A DNA stretch of 64,000 bases, taken from positions 25,144-89,143 of the forward strand of contig JAIBAQ010000005.1 of the NCBI GenBank assembly GCA_019695095.1, in the 5' to 3' direction. Shown piece after piece: positions 57,450 to 64,000 of the stretch. The position numbers were made by a program, and so were the translations under genes. The notes under the pieces were generated by a model. The model was given only the letters and a program-made list of their open reading frames with translations. It did no database searches and had not been told where the DNA came from. The stretch's first letter is position 1; each line of letters starts with the position of its first letter. The DNA comes from Candidatus Hydrogenedentota bacterium (GTDB lineage: Bacteria; Hydrogenedentota; Hydrogenedentia; Hydrogenedentales; SLHB01).

Positions 57450-57920
57450 GTGCCCGATCATTCCTCGACGTCCAGACCCGCCGCGCGGGCGACTAGTCCG
57501 TCCATGGAGCAGTACATCGAGACCATCGCTTACTTGTTGACTCAAGGAAGTGTGTGCAGCGTGAGCGATATCGCGGCGCACGCCTGCGTGAGCCGTCCAG
57601 CGGCTTCGCGAGCCGTGCGCGACCTTGCGGCCAAGTCATTGGTCCAGCACAAGTCGTACGGTTATGTCGAGTTGACGGAACAAGGGCGCGCCCTGGCTCG
57701 GCGTCTTGAAGCACGGCATGCGATGCTGTTCGATTTCCTTCAGCGCGTCCTTGGATTGAGCGAAGACGATGCCAATCGAGAGGCATGCAGGCTGGAGCAT
57801 CATCTTGACGACGAGCTCGTGAAGCGCATGGGTGAATTGACGTCGTTCCTTGAAGCGGACGAGACGCGCAGCCGGCAATGGCAGCAGCGGCTCGAGCAGC
57901 TCACAAAACCGAGCATGTAG
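57450..57920 (+). CDS. DtxR/MntR-family metal-dependent transcriptional regulator
   Basis: MEQYIETIAYLLTQGSVCSVSDIAAHACVSRPAASRAVRDLAAKSLV...YGYVELTEQGRALARRLEARHAMLFDFLQRVLGLSEDDANREACRLEHHL matches the DtxR HTH plus dimerisation and metal-site consensus. GTG start after an AGGAGAAG RBS. Confidence 0.7.
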   Translation: MPDHSSTSRPAARATSPSMEQYIETIAYLLTQGSVCSVSDIAAHACVSRPAASRAVRDLAAKSLVQHKSYGYVELTEQGRALARRLEARHAMLFDFLQRVLGLSEDDANREACRLEHHLDDELVKRMGELTSFLEADETRSRQWQQRLEQLTKPSM

Positions 57921-57967
57921 CGGCGGCGTTTGCCGCATTTGGGGTAGACAATTCCGGGGAAGTCATC

Positions 57968-59257
57968 GTGAGAACCATTTTGGTTGCAGGCGTCCTTGTG
58001 TCTGTTGGGATCGCAGCCGGATACATCGGTGTTCTTCTCTATGCGCCCAAGGAGGTCGCGTCGGCAGTCGAGGCTGCCAAAGCAGCCGGGTACCCGGTGA
58101 CCGTCGAAGAGCTGGACGCGTGGTATCAACTTTCAGCGGATAGAATCAATGCGTCCGACCTCTATATGAAAGCCTTCGAATTGGACGCGAAATCCGGCTC
58201 CGCCTTGTCCGAGAAATCGTTGCCGTTCGTGGGCGAGGGGGCTCTCCCCGATTTCAGTGTGCCTTTGCCTGAGGCGCAGCGGACATCCGCAACCAATTAT
58301 CTTGCGTCGAAAGCGGAAGTGCTGAAGGCTTTGCACGAGGCAAGCGCGACATCGGCATGCCGGTATGATTTTCGAATTGGTGAAGCAGGGCCGGACGATC
58401 TTCCGCATCTGAATGGGTTGCGCCACGCCGTGCAATTGCTTGCCCTGGAGTCATGTGTAGCCGCGGAAGACAAGCAGGGCAATGCAGCAGTTGGCGCGCT
58501 TATGGCGGGCTATGCCGCCGCAAGCAGTCTGAGGGATGAACCCATGCTTGCGTCGCAATTGGCGCGCGTTGCCAGTGTGTCGGCAATGACCGAAGCTCTT
58601 GAGCGGGTGCTCAATCACGCAGAGCTGGATAACATGCAGCTCAGTCAGGTTCTGAGTTCCGTATCGTTTTCTGAAGCGCCTCACGCATTCGAGCGCGCAT
58701 TTGCCGGAGAACGCTGCTTCGGTCTGGCCGCGTTTCCCGATGAACCTGCGGGCGTAACGGAAGACGGCGATACGACGATCATGGGCCAATGTTACGCGTT
58801 GATGGGCGTTCGCAGGTTGGACACGTGGGCGTTCGCAGTATTCATGGAGGAACTAATCGCGGCATCGGAAGAACCATTGCATCAGCGGCGAACGGCCTAC
58901 AAGGAATGGTCAACTCGCGTCGACAAACTGCCGGCGATTTTCGTAATCACGAAGCACAAGCTGGACGAATTGGAAAAGGCGACCACCGCAGATTTGAAGG
59001 GATCGGCCTTGTTGCGCGTGGCAACTGCCGCGATTGCCGTTGAGCAGTATCAGAACGACGCTGGCCGGCTGCCGGAGTCGCTGGATGCACTCGTGCCGCG
59101 TTATCTTGAAGTGGTGCCGGGGGACCCTTTCGCTCCGGCGCCGATTCGATACGAAAGCTCGGGGATTCGTTCGGAAGTCTCGAGTGTGGGTCTCGATAGC
59201 GCGCCGGATAGCGGCCTTACGACAGACGACGACATCATCGTAACGGTAGTGCACTGA
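57968..59257 (+). CDS. Hypothetical membrane-anchored (periplasmic) protein
   Basis: Start refined to a GTG after GGGGAAG that avoids overlap with the regulator gene. N-terminal TM ILVAGVLVSVGIAAGYIGVLLYA. No domain recognised. Confidence 0.4.
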   Translation: MRTILVAGVLVSVGIAAGYIGVLLYAPKEVASAVEAAKAAGYPVTVEELDAWYQLSADRINASDLYMKAFELDAKSGSALSEKSLPFVGEGALPDFSVPLPEAQRTSATNYLASKAEVLKALHEASATSACRYDFRIGEAGPDDLPHLNGLRHAVQLLALESCVAAEDKQGNAAVGALMAGYAAASSLRDEPMLASQLARVASVSAMTEALERVLNHAELDNMQLSQVLSSVSFSEAPHAFERAFAGERCFGLAAFPDEPAGVTEDGDTTIMGQCYALMGVRRLDTWAFAVFMEELIAASEEPLHQRRTAYKEWSTRVDKLPAIFVITKHKLDELEKATTADLKGSALLRVATAAIAVEQYQNDAGRLPESLDALVPRYLEVVPGDPFAPAPIRYESSGIRSEVSSVGLDSAPDSGLTTDDDIIVTVVH

Positions 59258-59385
59258 CAGGATGCACGGGGGCAGAGGGCTGTCCGCTGCAAACGACTAC
59301 TTGGCAACGGTTGTGCATGGTCCGTATAATGCCGGAATCTTTGGGCAACCAATCGAATAATGTAACGGCAAGGAGGGGATTCCAT

Positions 59386-60552
59386 ATGGCCAAGAAAACG
59401 CTGAATGTCGCGATGATCGGCGCGCAATTCATGGGGAAGACGCACAGCAACGCATGGCGTAAAGTGGGGATGTTCTTCGATCTTCCGGTCACGCCTGTGA
59501 TGAAAGTCCTTTGCGGAAAGTTTCCGGAGGAAGTGAAAGTCGCCGAGAAATGGGGCTGGCAAGAGACAAGCCTTGATTGGGAGGCGGTGGTGAATCGCCC
59601 GGATATCGACATCATCGACATCTGCACGCCGAATTTCCTGCATCCGACCATTGCGATCGCGGCGGCGAAAGCGGGCAAGCAGATCGTGTGCGAAAAGCCG
59701 CTTGCCAATTCGCTGAAAGAGGCCAACGACATGTTGAAGGCCGTGCAGAAAGCCGGCGTGAATCACATGTGCGGATTCTCTTACCGCTTTGCGCCGGCCG
59801 TGACGACCATCAAGAACATGATCGCGCGCGGCGAACTTGGCCGCATCTTCCACTTCCGCGCCGCCTACCAGCAGGACTGGATCGTCGACCCCAATTTCCC
59901 GCGTGTGTGGCGCCTCGTGAAGAAGCACACGGGGTCGGGTGCTTTGGGCGATATCGGCGCGCACATTGTCGATCTTTGCCACTATTTGGTCGGGCAAGTC
60001 GACGAAGTATCGGGCGCCATGCAGACCTTCATCAAGAAGCGCCCGCTTACGGAAAGCGACACGGGAATCTCAGGCAAGTCCGGCGAGAAGAAACTGGGGA
60101 AGATGGGCGAAGTGGACGTAGACGATGCAGCGATCTTCCTTGGACGCATCAAGGATGCCGACACGCTTGCGACGTTTGAAGCGACGCGTTTTGCGCCCGG
60201 ACGCAGGAATTACAACACGATCGAGATCTATGGAAGCGAAGGGGCCGTGTGCTGGAATCAGGAGGACATGGACTACTTCGAGTACTTCAACCGAAACGAT
60301 CCGCCGCACTTGCAGGGTTTCCGGCGCGTCCACGCGTCCGATCCGGTACACCCCTACATGAAGGCGTGGTGGCCGTCGGGGCACATTATCGGTTATGAAC
60401 ACTTGTTCGTCCACGAGGTTTATGACTTCCTCACGCAACTCGGCAAGAAGAAGGTCACGTATTCGACGTTCGAAGACGGTGTCAACTGCCAGCGTGTTCT
60501 TGAAGCCGTCGAGAAGTCCGCGAACAGCAAGAAGTGGGTGAAGGTGAAGTAA
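59386..60552 (+). CDS. Gfo/Idh/MocA-family NAD(P)-dependent oxidoreductase
   Basis: AAGGAGGGG RBS. LNVAMIGAQFMGKTHSNAW Rossmann N-terminus. Consensus EKP motif (QIVCEKPLAN). Confidence 0.8.
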   Translation: MAKKTLNVAMIGAQFMGKTHSNAWRKVGMFFDLPVTPVMKVLCGKFPEEVKVAEKWGWQETSLDWEAVVNRPDIDIIDICTPNFLHPTIAIAAAKAGKQIVCEKPLANSLKEANDMLKAVQKAGVNHMCGFSYRFAPAVTTIKNMIARGELGRIFHFRAAYQQDWIVDPNFPRVWRLVKKHTGSGALGDIGAHIVDLCHYLVGQVDEVSGAMQTFIKKRPLTESDTGISGKSGEKKLGKMGEVDVDDAAIFLGRIKDADTLATFEATRFAPGRRNYNTIEIYGSEGAVCWNQEDMDYFEYFNRNDPPHLQGFRRVHASDPVHPYMKAWWPSGHIIGYEHLFVHEVYDFLTQLGKKKVTYSTFEDGVNCQRVLEAVEKSANSKKWVKVK

Positions 60553-60654
60553 GAACGCATCCGCGAGGACACGGGAAAGCAGGATGCGTCCGCGCAGCAA
60601 TGCTTCCCGTGCCCCTCGTGGTGAAGACGTATTAAACAAAGGGAGGAGAACATA

Positions 60655-61620
60655 ATGAAACTGGGTCTACTGACCGTCATGTTCGGCGACAAGCCGCTCA
60701 AGGACGTCCTGCAGGTTATTCGTCCGTTTGGACTTCAGTGCGTGGAGTTGGGAACAGGGAATTATCCCGGCGACAAGCATGCTCCCTTGGCCGCGTTGCT
60801 TGCTTCGAAGCCGAAGCGCGATGAACTGTTAGCCATGCTCAAGGGAGAGGGTCTTGAGATTTCCGCGCTGAGTTGCCACGGCAATTGCCTGCACCCCGAC
60901 GCTGCGTTCGCGAAGAAGAACATCCAAGTGCAAACCGATACGATTAAGCTCGCCGAGATGCTTGGTGTGGGCGTCGTCATCGATTTCTCGGGGTGCCCCG
61001 GGTCTGACGAGAAGTCCACGAAGCCGAACTGGGTCACGTGTCCGTGGCCGCCGGATTTCCTGGATGTGCTCAACTGGCAGTGGGAGAAGAAGGTCATTCC
61101 GTATTGGACGAAGCAGGCCAAGTTTGCCGCGGACCACGGCGTGAAGGTCGCCTTCGAGGCGCATCCTGGATTCGTTGTGTACAACCCCGAGACGTTGCTG
61201 AAGCTGCGCAAGGCGTGCGGCAACAACCTGGGCGCGAACTTCGATCCCAGCCACTTCTTCTGGCAAGGCATCGATCCGGTAGACGCCGTGCGCGCGCTTG
61301 GCGGCAAGGCGATCTTCCACGTTCACGCGAAGGACTCGAAAGTCTACGAGCAGAATGCCAAGGTCAACGGCGTGCTCGACACCAAACACTATGGCGACGA
61401 GTTCAACCGCGCGTGGATCTTCCGCACGGTCGGCTATGGCCATTCGCTGGAATGGTGGAAGGACTTCGTATCGACGCTGCGTATGGTCGGATACGATGGC
61501 ACGTTATCCATTGAGCATGAGGATTCGCTGATGTCCAGCATGGAAGGCCTCAAGAAGGCGGTGGAAACGCTCAAGCAGTGCCTTATCTTCGAGAAGAAGA
61601 CGGCGATGACGTGGGCATAG
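60655..61620 (+). CDS. Sugar phosphate isomerase/epimerase (xylose-isomerase-like TIM barrel)
   Basis: GGGAGGAG RBS. Conserved EAHPG and FHVHAKD metal-site motifs of AP-endonuclease-2/XylA-like TIM barrels. Confidence 0.8.
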   Translation: MKLGLLTVMFGDKPLKDVLQVIRPFGLQCVELGTGNYPGDKHAPLAALLASKPKRDELLAMLKGEGLEISALSCHGNCLHPDAAFAKKNIQVQTDTIKLAEMLGVGVVIDFSGCPGSDEKSTKPNWVTCPWPPDFLDVLNWQWEKKVIPYWTKQAKFAADHGVKVAFEAHPGFVVYNPETLLKLRKACGNNLGANFDPSHFFWQGIDPVDAVRALGGKAIFHVHAKDSKVYEQNAKVNGVLDTKHYGDEFNRAWIFRTVGYGHSLEWWKDFVSTLRMVGYDGTLSIEHEDSLMSSMEGLKKAVETLKQCLIFEKKTAMTWA

Positions 61621-61703
61621 AGTGACCGATCACTTCAAGAGAAGCGATTCAACGGGGGGCGCGATGACCTGCGCCCCCCGTTTCCTTTAGTGGGAGACTT
61701 ACG

Positions 61704-63260
61704 ATGAGAGTATGGGGTTGGCTGGCGATAGTGATGACAAGTTGTGTCTTTGCATCAATGCCCGCTATCGCGCAAGAGAGCGCAAATCGCGGCAGCGTGA
61801 TGCGAAAGTCCATCGAGCCCAAAGACGTCACCCCCGAACTCGATGTCCCCAGTCCCAAGCAAGAGAAGATCAAACCGCCGAAAAAGCAGGAGCAGCGTGG
61901 TCCGTTGACCGCATGGCCCGCGGGATTAAACGACTACTTTGGCGTCGAGTTCGAGATCCCGACGACGGAGCAGGTGCTCTCGAGTATCGCAGCGCACTTG
62001 AATCGGCGCACGCTCGCCGGTGTGAAGCCGGAGGAGGAGTACCGAACATTTGCGAAAGTCGAGGAGAACGTGCAGCGAATGCTGCCTAAGAACGACCTTG
62101 AGCTGACGCAAGTGTCCGGTTTCTACCGCAACTTGACGGAATGGGTACGCCTGGAAGTGGAGTATACGCAGAAGCCTTCGCGCGGCGTGTTGAAAGACTT
62201 GCGCGAGGTGGTGGACAGCCAGGCCAAACTCGATCCGGACTTCGATCCAGAACGTCGAGACAAGATCATAGGCACGATTGAGTCACAAGGGCTCTTTGTG
62301 CCGGCAGGCATCCTGTTCGGAGTTTCCGTGCTGCCTTGGAGACCCATGCCTGCGGGACTTAATCTGTTCGAGGTCACCGCAACGCCGGCCTTCAGTGACA
62401 AGGAGAACCGTGCGGAGGCGATTTTCGATTTTCTTCAGTGTCCCGGACCCGTCTATCGTATTGATTTCGACACGCTCTCCACCACGGCTTTGCGCGTGGA
62501 CATGTCCGAGAAGGAAGGACAGTTCGATTTGGTTGAGGAGTGGAAATCGAACTCGCAGCAGGGCGTGCGCGGACCGGCGATTTTGCGCAAACCGTTCCGC
62601 TCTCGTTTTATGCGCGTCACGGCGGAGTCGCCCAATGAAGCCGCCGTGCTGCGCAACGTCCGCGTGTTCGCGACAAAAGAGCCTGCCGCGGCTGTCTGCA
62701 AGTACACCAAGGTTGCCCCGAAGCTGGACGGGGATTTCAAAGAGTCGATGTGGCCGGCACAGCCGCAGATCGACGGCTTCGTCAATCCGGAGACGCTTTC
62801 TTTTGCCGAGGCTCAGACTACGGTACGCGTCTGCAACACTGCGGATACGTTGTACATTGGGGTCTATGCGCGCGAACCGCGCGTCGCGACCATGGTTGCG
62901 GTGATGACCGACGATGAAGCGCCGGTGTGGGATGAGGAGTCTGTCGAGTTGGCCATACGTCCATCGGGCAAGCCCGAGTACAAGTTCTTCGTGAATCCTA
63001 AGGGAGCCCGGTTCGATAGTCGCGACAATGACGCGAACTGGAACGGGGAATGGCAAGTGGTGACGAAGCTCTATCAGACCGGTTGGGTGGCGGAGATTGC
63101 CATTCCCTTCTCTACGCTCGGCGTGAAGTCGTCGGGGGCGACCGACTGGACGCTTGATTGCGTGCGCAATCGCAGGAACGTGGTCAATGAACGGTCCGTG
63201 TGGGCGTTTACTTCTCCCGAGAAGAGGTCGGAGCACGGCAGTCTCATCTTCTCGCGGTAG
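61704..63260 (+). CDS. Secreted protein with C-terminal CBM9-like carbohydrate-binding domain
   Basis: Signal peptide MRVWGWLAIVMTSCVFASMPAIAQE. C-terminal DGDFKESMWP...VWDEESVELAI...WVAEIAIPFSTLG resembles CBM9 / DOMON-like sugar-binding modules. Confidence 0.5.
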   Translation: MRVWGWLAIVMTSCVFASMPAIAQESANRGSVMRKSIEPKDVTPELDVPSPKQEKIKPPKKQEQRGPLTAWPAGLNDYFGVEFEIPTTEQVLSSIAAHLNRRTLAGVKPEEEYRTFAKVEENVQRMLPKNDLELTQVSGFYRNLTEWVRLEVEYTQKPSRGVLKDLREVVDSQAKLDPDFDPERRDKIIGTIESQGLFVPAGILFGVSVLPWRPMPAGLNLFEVTATPAFSDKENRAEAIFDFLQCPGPVYRIDFDTLSTTALRVDMSEKEGQFDLVEEWKSNSQQGVRGPAILRKPFRSRFMRVTAESPNEAAVLRNVRVFATKEPAAAVCKYTKVAPKLDGDFKESMWPAQPQIDGFVNPETLSFAEAQTTVRVCNTADTLYIGVYAREPRVATMVAVMTDDEAPVWDEESVELAIRPSGKPEYKFFVNPKGARFDSRDNDANWNGEWQVVTKLYQTGWVAEIAIPFSTLGVKSSGATDWTLDCVRNRRNVVNERSVWAFTSPEKRSEHGSLIFSR

Positions 63261-63284
63261 ACGGCCTGCGAGCCGGCGTGTTCG

Positions 63285-63998
63285 TCAGGGAGCGGGTTTA
63301 TCTGCTGGCGTAGTGACAGCCAGCATTCCCGCATACGGCACAAAGCCAGGCATCTCCAGTTTGCCGGGCACGCAGAAGCTCGATATGACGCCATCCAAGT
63401 ACAGCGCGTTCTTACAATTCAGAGCGTCGCGGAAAAGACTGCCGAATTCGTGAAACGTCACTTCGTCGCGGCTGAGTACGAAGCAGATTTCCGTGGGGGA
63501 TACAACCCCGACTCCGCTGCGGATATTGCGATGTTTTGAATCGGCTTTGAAGGCGGGATGCAGCTCTCCATCAATGACAAGCATCGGACCGGATTGCGTA
63601 GCCAACAGCACCGTGCTTGTTTCTGCATCGAAGCGTTCTGACACAACCACGCGCGCGCCCTCTTCCGTCAGATAGAAGACACCGTTGGGTTTTAGGTGGA
63701 AGTTGCCGAATCCGTCGCGCAGGTTGAGTTTACCGAGCATGCGGCCTTCCTCGATGTGCAGCCCGCACGGGGCATAGTCGGGACGAAACATGCCTGCGTT
63801 GGTTCCGAACAACATGATCTCGCCTCGGTCTTCGAGCCATTTCTTAAGATTATCGAGACTGCCGAAGTGCTGCCCATCGGGATTGTTCCAGTACAACCGA
63901 AGCTTGGTTCGCTGGGTATCGACACGGACGACCGAATAGGTATGCCCCGCGTGCGTTACTTCCTGCAGCGTCACCGATTCACGTTCTGCTTCTGCCAA
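63285..63998 (-). CDS. Phosphodiester-glycosidase-family (DUF2233/NAGPA-like) protein, probably 5'-truncated by the window edge
   Basis: GTNAGMF...SGPMLVIDGE...RSGVGV motifs are typical of DUF2233. The first in-window codon is TTG and no signal peptide is visible, so the true start probably lies beyond position 64000. Confidence 0.5.
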   Translation of the reverse strand: MAEAERESVTLQEVTHAGHTYSVVRVDTQRTKLRLYWNNPDGQHFGSLDNLKKWLEDRGEIMLFGTNAGMFRPDYAPCGLHIEEGRMLGKLNLRDGFGNFHLKPNGVFYLTEEGARVVVSERFDAETSTVLLATQSGPMLVIDGELHPAFKADSKHRNIRSGVGVVSPTEICFVLSRDEVTFHEFGSLFRDALNCKNALYLDGVISSFCVPGKLEMPGFVPYAGMLAVTTPADKPAP

Positions 63999-64000
63999 TG

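Noticed and set aside
59101-59997. 298-aa minus-strand ORF, and 60070-60639 (-), 60829-61443 (-), 62283-63236 (-)
   Set aside because: They are antisense to the Gfo/Idh/MocA, sugar-phosphate isomerase and CBM9-like genes, which have RBSs and conserved motifs.
1-64000. Scan for tRNA, rRNA, CRISPR arrays and IS elements
   Set aside because: No cloverleaf-compatible ~75-nt segments, no rRNA-like conserved stretches, no regularly spaced short direct repeats and no transposase or integrase ORFs were found by eye. A tRNAscan, Infernal and CRISPR-finder run would be needed to be certain.

Overview
This is a 64 kb high-GC (about 60-65%) bacterial chromosomal segment. I found no rRNA, tRNA, CRISPR array, transposase or integrase. 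Paired DUF1501 and DUF1549/DUF1553 genes, PSCyt-type cytochrome-c-like domains and many signal-peptide proteins suggest a Planctomycetota-like genome; that is inference only. Recognisable housekeeping genes are folD, rimO, ppk (PPK1), smc, a ymdB-like phosphoesterase and rny. Around them sit secreted glycoside hydrolases (GH5-like, a BNR protein, a CBM9-like protein), an FG-GAP protein, PHP and MBL hydrolases, a penicillin/AHL-acylase with a kinase, and an MFS transporter. Six things stand out. (1) A compact candidate biosynthetic locus at 33.6-40.6 kb: a single-module NRPS (C-A-T-TE, possible starter C domain) flanked by an MGT-family GT1 and a GT4 glycosyltransferase, all on the minus strand, with an MFS transporter nearby. 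(2) A lower-GC (about 50%) three-gene membrane-protein module at 5.8-10.4 kb. It lies inside an ~8.3 kb interval bracketed by two ~250-bp direct repeats (3395-3646 and 11719-11969) and ends with an orphan Phd/YefM antitoxin. This looks like an acquired islet of unknown function. (3) A divergent mini-locus at 56.4-57.9 kb with a DtxR-family metalloregulator, a DUF134 protein and a NifX/NafY-like cofactor-binding protein carrying a His-rich insert. A 22-bp palindrome between them is a candidate operator. (4) Two structured intergenic repeat families: R1 in three copies and R2, ~186 bp with internal inverted repeats, in two copies, plus a smaller hairpin repeat R3. (5) A pair of adjacent paralogous secreted coiled-coil, Ala/Pro-rich proteins, one fused to a PSCyt1 domain and WD40 repeats. 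(6) An orphan CheX-like gene. Many long antisense ORFs in the six-frame track are high-GC shadows and were rejected. Coordinates of starts were refined by eye from signal peptides and RBS-like motifs and may be off by one alternative start.
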